Shown here: one piece after another, positions 37,695 to 47,354 of the stretch | How the letters are laid out: every line of letters starts with the position of its first letter | How positions within the stretch are numbered: position 1 is the first letter of the stretch | From: a virus | Taxonomy: Duplodnaviria > Caudoviricetes | DNA length: 61,715 bases | Reading direction: 5' to 3' (one strand) | IMG/VR virus record: IMGVR_UViG_3300021961_007533 | Span: 1 to 61,715 of that record | Notes under the pieces: generated by a model | The model's database searches: none | Seen by the model: the letters and a program-made list of their open reading frames with translations, nothing else | What the model was told of the DNA's origin: nothing | Position numbers and translations under genes: made by a program

Positions 37695-39212
37695 CTATTG
37701 TGATATTGTTTTTATATATTTATCTAATTTATTTCTATTTTTAATATAAAATGGTTTTAAATTATTTGTATAATCTATTATAAATTTTTTTTCTTTTTCG
37801 TTATCCAAATTCCTAGTTTGTGACTCATAGTGATACGCAACAGAATTACCATCACAGATATTCTCAAACCCTAGTAAATTACACATTAAGTTTAATTCAA
37901 CGTCCTCTAGACAAGAGATATAGTTTTCATTAAAATAACCAAGGTTCTCAAATAAATTTTTTCTAATCATCATTAATCCACCTGTATTACCAATAACCAG
38001 ACTACTATTTAATTTAAAATTAAAATAGCTACCAAACCCAAGATGTCCTAACATCAATTCATTATTTTTAATATTATTATAGACAAAAATCCCATCGTGT
38101 TGTATTGTGTTGTCTTTAAAATGTAACCTAGCACCAATAGTACCAGTTCTTTTATTTTTTTTCATAATAGATAGCATACTATGAATAACATTGTTCATAA
38201 TTTTTATGTCGTTATTTGAAAATAAAATAAACTCGTAGCCCTTAGTTACGTAGTTCTTTACAACATCATTATTAATTTTTGCAAAATTATAATAATCATA
38301 TTCTATTAAGTTTACATTACCTAGTTTAAGTATGTTATTTTTAATCCAGGTCTTTTCCTCATCTGTTGACCCAGTGTCTGCAATAAAGACATCAAACAAA
38401 TCGGAATTACAATTTTGGTAAAATGAATTAATACAATCAAATAACATTTCAACATTACCCTTAGTTGGTATTATAATGGCCACTTTACCAATATTTTTAA
38501 TTGGTTTTTCTTTTATTTCTGGAACATATATATTCTCCGGTTTTAAATCAAGTGGCAACTTATCTCCCCATTTTTTTATAAACTTATTTTTACTTTCAAA
38601 AAACTCCTCGTTTGGTTGACCAACAGATTCGTGTGTAATATCAAATGATGATGTCACACCAATTTTAACATTATCCAAATAGTTAGGGACGCAAAATAAA
38701 TGATCATAAAAGTGGAACTTACCAATTGTCTCATCAAATTTATGTTTTATTTTTGTTTTATTAAAAGCCATAAATAAACCATCAATTGTTACAACTGGAA
38801 TTAAAAAAGGTAGTTTAGGTGAATATTTACTTAACCATTTTTTTTGATCTTCTAGGTGATGATAAACCTGACCTACCATTGTTTGTTGCATTTTTTCCCA
38901 GTAAACTCCAGATTCTGGAAAATAACAAGACCCTGCTTTACCAATTATACCAAAGTCTTGATTATTTTTAAAATCACCTAGTAATTTTTTACCCCAACCA
39001 TTTCCAAGTTTTATATCATTATGACAACAGACAACAATATCATAAATAGATTCTGTTATACCACTATTATAAACTTCAGCTAAACTATATTGATTATGAT
39101 TTACATATTCTAAAATCTGAACATTTTTTAAACCAACACTTTTTAATATGTGTGATTTAAAGTTTTTGTTATAGTCTTCGTCTTTATGTGTTGAATATAT
39201 TATCGTAATCAT
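37695..39212 (-). CDS. Two-domain GT2-type glycosyltransferase
   Basis: N-domain YNSGI...CHND...IDGLF...FHFYD; C-domain IIIPTK...FSNND...EDVELNL...HYESQTR. Confidence 0.8.
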   Translation of the reverse strand: MITIIYSTHKDEDYNKNFKSHILKSVGLKNVQILEYVNHNQYSLAEVYNSGITESIYDIVVCCHNDIKLGNGWGKKLLGDFKNNQDFGIIGKAGSCYFPESGVYWEKMQQTMVGQVYHHLEDQKKWLSKYSPKLPFLIPVVTIDGLFMAFNKTKIKHKFDETIGKFHFYDHLFCVPNYLDNVKIGVTSSFDITHESVGQPNEEFFESKNKFIKKWGDKLPLDLKPENIYVPEIKEKPIKNIGKVAIIIPTKGNVEMLFDCINSFYQNCNSDLFDVFIADTGSTDEEKTWIKNNILKLGNVNLIEYDYYNFAKINNDVVKNYVTKGYEFILFSNNDIKIMNNVIHSMLSIMKKNKRTGTIGARLHFKDNTIQHDGIFVYNNIKNNELMLGHLGFGSYFNFKLNSSLVIGNTGGLMMIRKNLFENLGYFNENYISCLEDVELNLMCNLLGFENICDGNSVAYHYESQTRNLDNEKEKKFIIDYTNNLKPFYIKNRNKLDKYIKTISQ

Positions 39213-39436
39213 TTTTTAAATTTTTTAAATTCTTCTTCTGTTAGTTCATAATCGATTTCGAATTCTGTTGTAGTATACTCGCCAGTGGTATTTACTTTTA
39301 TGTTATAATATTTACCACCTACTACTACATAACAACCACGTTTAGAAGTAATACACCAATCAAACCACACATCTTCTAATCTTTCTGAAGGTATTTCTCT
39401 AAGCCTAATCATCCTTTTAAATTCCAGTTGAACCAA
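39209..39436 (-). CDS. Hypothetical protein (75 aa)
   Basis: ORF overlapping both neighbours. Confidence 0.5.
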   Translation of the reverse strand: MVQLEFKRMIRLREIPSERLEDVWFDWCITSKRGCYVVVGGKYYNIKVNTTGEYTTTEFEIDYELTEEEFKKFKK

Positions 39437-39983
39437 ACCCTTTATCAGACCTATCTTTATCTTCTATATTATTAACTTTAACTAAGTTAACCCATTTACC
39501 GGCGACAACAGGACAAAGAACTGCCTGGGCTACTTTTTGTCCTTTATTAATTATTGCAACATCATTTGTTGTGTTAAAAATAATTGCCATAACCTCACCT
39601 GTATAACCCTGATCCACAGTTCCTGGTGAGTTTAAAACCATTAACCCTTGTTTTAAAGCAAGTCCACTTTTTGATCTCACTTGGATTTCGTATCCATCTG
39701 GAATATCAAAGTGAAGTCCAGTTGGAACTAGAGCTCTACCAAATGGAGGAATCTCAACTCCAATGCTAGAATGTAAATCAAACCCAGAGTCTGTGTCATA
39801 CGCATAACTAGGTTCATTACTATTACTTAAAGTATTTGTGTATGGTAAATTAATTTTTGGGTTTGTTTCATTTAAACTATTTTCAAGCTCCCTAACGTCT
39901 AACCCCAAGATTTCAGATAATCTATCGTAGTCAAAATCTTCTACTGAATCATCAAAAAGATTCTCTATATTATTTTCTTCCAC
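39417..39983 (-). CDS. dut: Trimeric dUTPase
   Basis: SGFDL, RSKSGLA, NSPGTVDQGYTGE, AQ, RSDKGFGSTG. Confidence 0.95.
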   Translation of the reverse strand: MEENNIENLFDDSVEDFDYDRLSEILGLDVRELENSLNETNPKINLPYTNTLSNSNEPSYAYDTDSGFDLHSSIGVEIPPFGRALVPTGLHFDIPDGYEIQVRSKSGLALKQGLMVLNSPGTVDQGYTGEVMAIIFNTTNDVAIINKGQKVAQAVLCPVVAGKWVNLVKVNNIEDKDRSDKGFGSTGI

Positions 39984-40711
39984 TATTTTAATTCTTTTAA
40001 TGTTTTTATTACTTCAACTAAAACGTTGACATCTTTTTCACAGTATTCTGCGATTTTATCTAAGTTTCTTTTTTCCCAGTAGTTTTCATGAACATTCTCA
40101 CCACTTACTTCACCATCCTTTGGTGTTGGGATATCTAAACAAGAACATAATAAGTCCAATGACCCAATTGATGTATAGGCGCCATATTGCCAAATTTCTT
40201 TTGTGTCAATTGCTTTAACTTCCCAAGGCTTGGTATCATATGATGGTAAGATTTTAGAAGGTCTAATACCATTTACAATCATTCTTTTTGCAAGCATTGG
40301 AATATCAAAATTCTTTAAGTTATGTCCACATAAATGAAAGTCTAGTTTTTCACAACGATCAAGTAGATTTCTAACCTCAATTAATAATTGTGTCTCGTCT
40401 TCATTTGAGAATGTTTGTTTTTTAATCTCACCATTATCCATAACAAAAGCCATTGACACACAGATAACTTTTGCAAACTCTGGAACTAATGCGGCACGTT
40501 TTTTAAAAACATAGTTCATATGTTCTTCTGTTGTCATATTAATCTGTTCATTGGTCGCATCTTCTGGAAACCTTTTTAAAAACCAATTAAAGTATTTATC
40601 AAATTGGTCTGCTAGATTTGGATTAAACTTTTGGCATGACTCAAAATCAGGACAACCGCCAACAGTCTCGATGTCAAGGAATAAAATTTTTGTAATAGGA
40701 ATATTAATCAT
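39983..40711 (-). CDS. DEDD 3'-5' exonuclease (PolB-exonuclease-like)
   Basis: FLDIETV, GHNLKNFDIP, YCEKDV. Confidence 0.85.
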   Translation of the reverse strand: MINIPITKILFLDIETVGGCPDFESCQKFNPNLADQFDKYFNWFLKRFPEDATNEQINMTTEEHMNYVFKKRAALVPEFAKVICVSMAFVMDNGEIKKQTFSNEDETQLLIEVRNLLDRCEKLDFHLCGHNLKNFDIPMLAKRMIVNGIRPSKILPSYDTKPWEVKAIDTKEIWQYGAYTSIGSLDLLCSCLDIPTPKDGEVSGENVHENYWEKRNLDKIAEYCEKDVNVLVEVIKTLKELK

Positions 40712-41159
40712 TTTTTACTTCGTTATAAATTTTAGGATTTTGTTTTAGTGTCTGTATTGTAATTAAATCTTTTATTCTAGTTGTTGACCAACCATGTGAT
40801 CTAGTTGTATAAATAACCTCAATTGGAAGATGGTCACCTGTAAATCTATTACCAATGTAGTCATCACCTAATATTCTAACATCTGGTTTATAAAATTGTA
40901 TTAAACGAAGTAAATCATCTTCATCATCATAACATACTACCTCATCAATATATTTTATTGCCATTAGAGTTTTATATCTTTCATATAAAGGAATTACAGG
41001 TTTATATTTTGTAAACCTTGTTTCAGATGGGTCTCTTTGTAAAAAAACCATAAAATAATCACAATTTTCCTTTGCAGTTTCAAATGTGTATATGTATCCA
41101 GGGTGTAGTAAGTCAAAATTACCAGCAGTAAACCCTATTCTTCCTTTTTTACTATCCAT
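40704..41159 (-). CDS. HxGH-family cytidylyl/adenylyltransferase (TagD / RfaE-like)
   Basis: AGNFDLLHPGY, ER...IKYIDEV, GDDY, RSHGWSTTRIK. Confidence 0.8.
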   Translation of the reverse strand: MDSKKGRIGFTAGNFDLLHPGYIYTFETAKENCDYFMVFLQRDPSETRFTKYKPVIPLYERYKTLMAIKYIDEVVCYDDEDDLLRLIQFYKPDVRILGDDYIGNRFTGDHLPIEVIYTTRSHGWSTTRIKDLITIQTLKQNPKIYNEVKND

Positions 41160-42373
41160 TATACTATTGATTTATAAAATTCAGCTCTATCTCTTGTAAC
41201 ATTATTTAAGTCATATCTATCTTTAACAGTTTCATATAATCTTTCTCCAAGATCGGTAATCATATTTGGATTGTCAACAAGTTTTTTAATGTTTTTGGCC
41301 CAGTCACTATGATTATTATTTTCACCAACTAATAAAGCATTACCGTCAGTAAAATTACCACCATTTAGTGCGTGTTTTAAATCTATTATATAAGGACCAA
41401 TATTAGATGCAATTAATGCCTTTTTATAAAAACCAGCCTCAATTACTTTTAATTGTGATTTCATTCTATTAAAGATATGGTTTTTAATTGGTGCCAATGA
41501 AATATCAAACTTAGCATAATTTTTAGCATAAGTTGTGACTGGTCTAGTCCAAACCCTAACATAGTTTTCATTCATAATACCTGCATAATCATTTTCAGTA
41601 AATGTCTTTAGATAGTCCATATACTTTGGTGTGATAATTTTATAATTATTTGTAAAAATTTCTTCGTATTTAACCCAAACAGTTTCTTCTGGTTTTATAG
41701 GTCTTTGTGTTTTTTGCCCTGTTTGTTGGTTTATCTCTGTTACGCTACCACGAATATCAAAACCACAAATATAATATTGTAGCTTATTTTGAATTGGAGA
41801 TAATTTAGATACCATACCATCTAACAATTTTAAGTCATGTAAATGTGATGACCCACCAAGCCAACCAACTCTAATTTTTTCAGATGGTTCAGTTTTTTCA
41901 TTAAATTGAGGGTCGTTAGGGTCAATTGCGTTTGGAAAAATAACCACGTTTTTGTTAAACTTTTTAATTTCATTTGCAAATAACTCAGTTGTTGTTGTAA
42001 CGTAATCTACAATTTTTAAGTTATTAACTATCTTCTTGTGAATTTCCTCTTTAACTATTATTTGGTGTATTGGGTGTTCTTTGGTTGGTAACCAATAATC
42101 ATCGATATCACAAATAACAACAATACCCATACTCTTTAACTTATGGATTAATTCTACGCATTTTTCATAGTCTTGACCAATATTTCTATGAAAATGAACT
42201 ATTTGGTAATTCTTCCAAAAGTTAATATCATCAACATTTACTGTGGGGTTAATATCAACGTGAAATTCGTTAGGATATAAATTTTGTAGTTTAACGTGTG
42301 GATCGACTGACCGGTATTTACCAACTCCAGAACCATCTGATGGGATTACTAATACTTTAATTTTTTGACTCAT
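41159..42373 (-). CDS. Glycosyltransferase, GT-B fold (GT4-like)
   Basis: DIDDYW, PNAID, GWLGGSSH, DISLAP...FNRMKSQLKVIEAG. Confidence 0.8.
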   Translation of the reverse strand: MSQKIKVLVIPSDGSGVGKYRSVDPHVKLQNLYPNEFHVDINPTVNVDDINFWKNYQIVHFHRNIGQDYEKCVELIHKLKSMGIVVICDIDDYWLPTKEHPIHQIIVKEEIHKKIVNNLKIVDYVTTTTELFANEIKKFNKNVVIFPNAIDPNDPQFNEKTEPSEKIRVGWLGGSSHLHDLKLLDGMVSKLSPIQNKLQYYICGFDIRGSVTEINQQTGQKTQRPIKPEETVWVKYEEIFTNNYKIITPKYMDYLKTFTENDYAGIMNENYVRVWTRPVTTYAKNYAKFDISLAPIKNHIFNRMKSQLKVIEAGFYKKALIASNIGPYIIDLKHALNGGNFTDGNALLVGENNNHSDWAKNIKKLVDNPNMITDLGERLYETVKDRYDLNNVTRDRAEFYKSIV

Positions 42374-42400
42374 ACTTAATTTTACTTAAATTATCAATAA

Positions 42401-42429
42401 AGTATAGTTGTTATTTTACATTATGTCAA
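42401..42429 (-). promoter_or_regulatory. Sigma70-like promoter TTGACA-N17-TATACT heading the glycosylation/sigma operon
   Basis: Minus strand TTGACA (42429-42424), 17-nt spacer, TATACT (42406-42401), just downstream of a terminator hairpin. Confidence 0.65.
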
Positions 42430-42440
42430 TTTTATTAAAT

Positions 42441-42466
42441 AAAAAACCCTCCATTTGGAGGGCTCT
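42441..42466 (-). terminator. Rho-independent terminator
   Basis: CCCTCCA-TT-TGGAGGG stem preceded by an A6 run on + (U tail on -), after the 42469 stop. Confidence 0.75.
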
Positions 42467-42468
42467 TA

Positions 42469-43095
42469 TTAGGATTTAATTTTTTTTACTTTTGTGACTT
42501 TTCCTAAGAAAATGTGGTTACCAACTTTAAATTGTATCATATCGTTTGAGTTAGTTGTTGATTCGACTAACATTCCAGCCTCCATTAGTTCCTCTCTAAT
42601 AACATCTCTAACTGTATCTCTAACAATATCTCTAATCATAGTCTTAAGATCTTGATTTGATGTTACTTGTTGGCTCATTCTATTTTCATTAACAATTTGA
42701 TTTTGAGTATTAACATTAGACTCTTTATTTGTTCCCATTAATCTAGATGCCTTTTCGACTAACTCATTACTAATACCAACATTAGTGTTAACACCCATTG
42801 TTGGTTTCTCTATTGGATGTTCAATCATTAGTCTTTTTATTTCTTCAGGTAATCTTGAGTTTATAATTCTATCTTGTGTTGGAACTTCTGTGTTATATGT
42901 TTTTGTGGTTTCTTGTTCCATAAGTCCTTCTGGAATATTATACGTTGCTGGTAATGGGTTAAAGTTACTAACCTGTGGTGAGTCACCAATATTTAAGTTT
43001 GGGCTACCATTTTGACCTCTACCAATGGAGTCATGTTTATCCATTATTTTTTTAGACATCATTAATTTTGCCATTAAATTTTGTTCTGAATTCAT
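42469..43095 (-). CDS. Hypothetical protein (208 aa)
   Basis: ORF; internal IRDIVRDTVRDVIREE helix. Confidence 0.7.
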   Translation of the reverse strand: MNSEQNLMAKLMMSKKIMDKHDSIGRGQNGSPNLNIGDSPQVSNFNPLPATYNIPEGLMEQETTKTYNTEVPTQDRIINSRLPEEIKRLMIEHPIEKPTMGVNTNVGISNELVEKASRLMGTNKESNVNTQNQIVNENRMSQQVTSNQDLKTMIRDIVRDTVRDVIREELMEAGMLVESTTNSNDMIQFKVGNHIFLGKVTKVKKIKS

Positions 43096-43096
43096 A

Positions 43097-43483
43097 TTAA
43101 TTATTAAATTCTGCGTTTATTATAACCCTAGTCATACTCTTATCTCCATTAGGATTGTAATTTGGTCTAGCCTCATTAAAATTCTCCAAAGTTTCTTTAT
43201 ATGTAATAATTTTATCAACTCTAAATAATCTCCAACTAGGTAGAGGCTTTTCACCTAGATACGCCCTATGTGACGCACCTTCTAAATCCCAAGCCCTTAA
43301 AACTGGGTTACCCGCCTTACTATATCCATAACAAACTGGCTCAACAATTCTAAGTCCTTTTCCTCCAGGTTCATCACCATCATAATAAATAATAACACGT
43401 TTTTTCTTTTTTATCGAATCAACTATATCATTTATTGATGCTATCTCAAGTATAAGATTTCTATGTATATTGTAAAGATTCAT
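43097..43483 (-). CDS. Stand-alone WYL-domain protein
   Basis: IYY...RIVEPVCYG...LRAW...WRLFRVDKI pattern. Confidence 0.7.
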   Translation of the reverse strand: MNLYNIHRNLILEIASINDIVDSIKKKKRVIIYYDGDEPGGKGLRIVEPVCYGYSKAGNPVLRAWDLEGASHRAYLGEKPLPSWRLFRVDKIITYKETLENFNEARPNYNPNGDKSMTRVIINAEFNN

Positions 43484-43770
43484 TAAACAGTTGGAGTGGT
43501 GTATGGCTTATCTACTTGGTATTCATTTATTTTTATCTCATTTACCCTCTCAATAATATCAACCGATGACCCACCATTTGCGGTATCTAGAAAAACACCA
43601 GTACCCTTACCAAACTCATCACCATCTGATATTGCATCGGGATTTGTTTGGGAATACTCATTTGTTGGTTTGTAGTCATTTTTTGGAATCAATCTATTCC
43701 TTTGTTCTACGCCAATAGTTCCTAATTCATTTAGAGGTTGGCTAAAATCTAATCTTTCTGTCGCTGGCAT
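43483..43770 (-). CDS. Hypothetical protein (95 aa)
   Basis: ORF with overlapping stop/start junctions. Confidence 0.7.
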   Translation of the reverse strand: MPATERLDFSQPLNELGTIGVEQRNRLIPKNDYKPTNEYSQTNPDAISDGDEFGKGTGVFLDTANGGSSVDIIERVNEIKINEYQVDKPYTTPTV

Positions 43771-44240
43771 TATAATTGTTTTTTCATTATTTGGTTTATC
43801 CTTTTAAGGTTTTCAGTTATTTTAATATCATCAGTGAAAGTACTATGCTCTTTTGATGGTCTATTTAAATCCGCTAACCAACCCATCTTTTCAGATAAAT
43901 CAGTATCAATAGGATCTATATTATATTCTTTTTTAATTTCTTTATATGTATTGTCATCCCTTCTTAATCCATCTAAAGTTCTATCAACCCAACTCCTCAT
44001 ATAGTCAGCACCATTTAGTATAAATGGAGCGTCTTTACCGTCTCCACTATATTCATCAAACCAATTTTTAATTCTACCTAATTGCTGGTATGTAGCATAA
44101 CCAGTATTCCTTAGTTCTTGGTTTCTATTATGCCCCTCCATATTAGCGTTAGAGTTTGGGATATGATTAAAGCAAACCTCTAGATACTCTAAAATTTCTT
44201 TAGGTAAATAAATAATTTTATTATATAAATCTTTATTCAC
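43770..44240 (-). CDS. Hypothetical protein (156 aa)
   Basis: ORF in operon. Confidence 0.7.
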   Translation of the reverse strand: MNKDLYNKIIYLPKEILEYLEVCFNHIPNSNANMEGHNRNQELRNTGYATYQQLGRIKNWFDEYSGDGKDAPFILNGADYMRSWVDRTLDGLRRDDNTYKEIKKEYNIDPIDTDLSEKMGWLADLNRPSKEHSTFTDDIKITENLKRINQIMKKQL

Positions 44241-45102
44241 CTATCTTAAGATATTTTATCAATTTGTTTATATCAATATCCTCTTTTTCTGCAATTTTTT
44301 TTATAGAGTCTAAATTCCTATATAATATTTTTGTTATTACACTATCTTCATCATCGACTTTAACTTTCTGAACATCATTATCTTTATTTTTCTTTTTTAA
44401 CAATAATTCATCTATTAAATCAACCATTTTTCTTTTACCTAATTCGACTATTCTTTGTTGACCCTCCTTATCTAATTTAGGATCAAATCCAAAACTCATA
44501 CAACGTTCATATTTTTCAAAAGGATCTTCGATTTCTAATTCATCAAAAATTTTATAACAATCTTTAAATGTTTTAATGTTGTCATCAAAAATCTCATCAT
44601 AACCATAAGCGTCAGAAAAATCTTCTTCGTCTAATACTTTTTTATCTTCATCTGATTCACCATAGTAAATTCTAGCTTTAAATGGAAAAGTATCACCAGC
44701 CTGTCTAACTAATGCCGCACGCATATCTTGAGTCCAATGAGTATGTTGTCCCATATCTAAAATTGGGATATCTGAGTTTAAAAAACTACCATCATCACCA
44801 ATAAGCTCAGTTATTTCACCATCTTCTTTTTGATCCTTATTTTTTTTATATTTATTTTTTAACTTATTAATAATAGTTGTTAGCTTACTCTTAGATTTTG
44901 TTCTATCCTTAAGTAAATTTCTAATCATATTTTTTACATCATTTTCAGCATTTTTTGGTAAATCAAGTTTCGTATCACTTTTTCTAGCCTCATTTATTGT
45001 CCCAATAGAAGATGAGTAATATAGTGATATGTCACCATTATTTCTTTTTTTTAAGAAAAAATAGTAAGGACTACTAAAATATTCAGTTTCAAAATTAATC
45101 AT
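44233..45102 (-). CDS. Hypothetical protein (289 aa)
   Basis: Late motif at 45116-45123 (-). Confidence 0.7.
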   Translation of the reverse strand: MINFETEYFSSPYYFFLKKRNNGDISLYYSSSIGTINEARKSDTKLDLPKNAENDVKNMIRNLLKDRTKSKSKLTTIINKLKNKYKKNKDQKEDGEITELIGDDGSFLNSDIPILDMGQHTHWTQDMRAALVRQAGDTFPFKARIYYGESDEDKKVLDEEDFSDAYGYDEIFDDNIKTFKDCYKIFDELEIEDPFEKYERCMSFGFDPKLDKEGQQRIVELGKRKMVDLIDELLLKKKNKDNDVQKVKVDDEDSVITKILYRNLDSIKKIAEKEDIDINKLIKYLKIGE

Positions 45103-45115
45103 ACAAACTTTTTAA

Positions 45116-45144
45116 TATAAATACTTTGATTTGTGGTATTTATT
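45116..45144. promoter_or_regulatory. Back-to-back divergent late-promoter motifs
   Basis: TATTTATA on - (45116-45123) and TATTTATT on + (45137-45144) between divergent operons. Confidence 0.65.
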
Positions 45145-45155
45145 AATAAATAATT

Positions 45156-47354
45156 ATGGCTTACCAAAATATTAATCAATATAACTATAAAAAGTATGGT
45201 CTTAATATTATCTATGATGGAATGGATATGTCCTTAGCATCAGATGAACGAGATTATAATGAAGAGGTTGTTTTTTCACCATATATTATAGCGCAAACAT
45301 ACGGTAACAAATTACCTTTTTATTTTGACTTAAACGATACTGATATATGTCAGAATATTAACCTATATTATAAAGATTTTAATCCTAACAATATTTTAGT
45401 CTCACAAAACTACTACGACCCAAATAACGATAATTTTAATTGTTTTTCTGCGACATCATCATGTGACATTGGTTTTACTGGAATTGACAATGGTTTAGTT
45501 GATAACATTAGTAATCAGACAATTTATTTCACAAATGGTATTTTTGAACCATCAGTTAAATTTAGTAGAAAATATTTTGATAGAAGACTAAAGTTATTTC
45601 AAGTAACTGGTTATACCGGATCGTATGAAAGATTCGAAGCTTTTAATAAAAATACTTTATATGAAGTTGTCAGTAAAGAAGATGTAAACTTTGGTAGATA
45701 CCATGATTTGTATGGGGGGTTTTACCAAGGGTTTTATAAATTATTTGGTTATGATTATGATATATTCCCAGAAAGAGTTAATAAAGGTTGGAGTGTTGAG
45801 ATGGTTTTAAGACCTAGACTATATGATGAATACACGCCAGGACCAAATGAAACTACTTTAAATCAAATATACCCAAATAATAAAAATACGTTTTTTTATT
45901 TAGGAGCTAGAGCTGAAAATAAGTTTTACCATTATGCGGATGGGACACCAGAATGTTTTAGCGCCTACACTAGAGTAACAACTCCATTAGCTGAGTGTTT
46001 AGAAACTTGCGCTTGTTGTAATGATAATATAACAAATAGTAGATGTATATATCTTTATCCACCAAGATCTATAAATGGTTTACATGATCCACACGTGAAT
46101 TATGGTTGTAATAGTTGTGGAGGAAATGTTGTTAGCGCGACTACTTGTGGTTGTGGATGCTATGACTCAAAATGTACTAGCTGTGGATGGGAATGTAAAA
46201 CGCATAATTGCGATGAAATTATTTTAGTAACCCCAACCCCAACACCAATACCTAGTCAGACACCAACTTGTAATACACAACAAACACCAATTTGTACACC
46301 AACATGTTCTACTTGTAATACATGTTCTACTTGTGATGATTGTGTAACACTAGGATATAAATCAATAGAGGATACGTGTGAAAAAGACCCATTATTTGAT
46401 TCGATGTCAAACAATATCTCTTTTAAACTATGTGGTGACCCAAAAAATCCTAGTATTGGGATTAAGGTTTTAAGATTTACAGGTGGGTGTGAGACAACTG
46501 GAACTTGTGTTACAGGGCAAACTTATGTTACTGGATATACAATACAAGAGTGGTGTACAGACCCAATATATCCTTATTGTGAAAAAGAAAATCCAGCTTT
46601 TTTAGATTATGAACATTGGTTTTTACTAGATGTTGTTTGGGAAAGAAATACTAACTTGGACAACTGTGACTTATGGTGGTATGGAGGCCTAGGAGATATA
46701 ACAAAAACTGAATATTTAGAATCTTTAGCAAACAATACAACATCTTTAATCGCACCACCATACACAAACAACAGTTCAGTTGCTAAAACTGTTGATATAG
46801 TAAATTTAAATGAAAAATGGTTAGATGATTCTAAATATAGAAAAGGTAAATTAAAAATTTATGTTAATGGTGTTTTAATTTACACTATTAATGATTTTGA
46901 GGAAATAATACCTAGAGGATTAAATACAGATAAAGAAAAACAAGTTGGTGTACCATTTAACGTTTCTTGGGGCGGAGGAACACAAGGGTTACATGAAAAT
47001 TTAATACCTTCTTCTTGCGATAATTTAACCGGAGACTATATTCAGGACCCAGAGTCATTTCCAACATCAGCATTAAATAATTCATATTTATCTGGACTAA
47101 AGACAGACATTTTATTAGAACAAGAGTTTGGGGGCACTTTTGATGGTGGTATTTCACAATTTAGATTATATGTTGAGCCATTAGATGCTACAGAGGTAAG
47201 ACATAATTTTAATGTATTAAAAGATAAATTTGGTTTCTTTAATCCATTTTGTCCTAATTGTAAAACAGTATTTTGTGCACCAAATGATTTTACATATCAA
47301 ATAACTGATACGTCTACAACAATTGTTACCACAACAACAACTATGTTTATATGA
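45156..47354 (+). CDS. Cys-rich putative virion protein with LamG/ConA-like C-terminal region
   Basis: Dense Cys clusters and a short PT stretch; LKIYVNG...FDGGISQFRLYVEPL motif. Confidence 0.6.
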   Translation: MAYQNINQYNYKKYGLNIIYDGMDMSLASDERDYNEEVVFSPYIIAQTYGNKLPFYFDLNDTDICQNINLYYKDFNPNNILVSQNYYDPNNDNFNCFSATSSCDIGFTGIDNGLVDNISNQTIYFTNGIFEPSVKFSRKYFDRRLKLFQVTGYTGSYERFEAFNKNTLYEVVSKEDVNFGRYHDLYGGFYQGFYKLFGYDYDIFPERVNKGWSVEMVLRPRLYDEYTPGPNETTLNQIYPNNKNTFFYLGARAENKFYHYADGTPECFSAYTRVTTPLAECLETCACCNDNITNSRCIYLYPPRSINGLHDPHVNYGCNSCGGNVVSATTCGCGCYDSKCTSCGWECKTHNCDEIILVTPTPTPIPSQTPTCNTQQTPICTPTCSTCNTCSTCDDCVTLGYKSIEDTCEKDPLFDSMSNNISFKLCGDPKNPSIGIKVLRFTGGCETTGTCVTGQTYVTGYTIQEWCTDPIYPYCEKENPAFLDYEHWFLLDVVWERNTNLDNCDLWWYGGLGDITKTEYLESLANNTTSLIAPPYTNNSSVAKTVDIVNLNEKWLDDSKYRKGKLKIYVNGVLIYTINDFEEIIPRGLNTDKEKQVGVPFNVSWGGGTQGLHENLIPSSCDNLTGDYIQDPESFPTSALNNSYLSGLKTDILLEQEFGGTFDGGISQFRLYVEPLDATEVRHNFNVLKDKFGFFNPFCPNCKTVFCAPNDFTYQITDTSTTIVTTTTTMFI

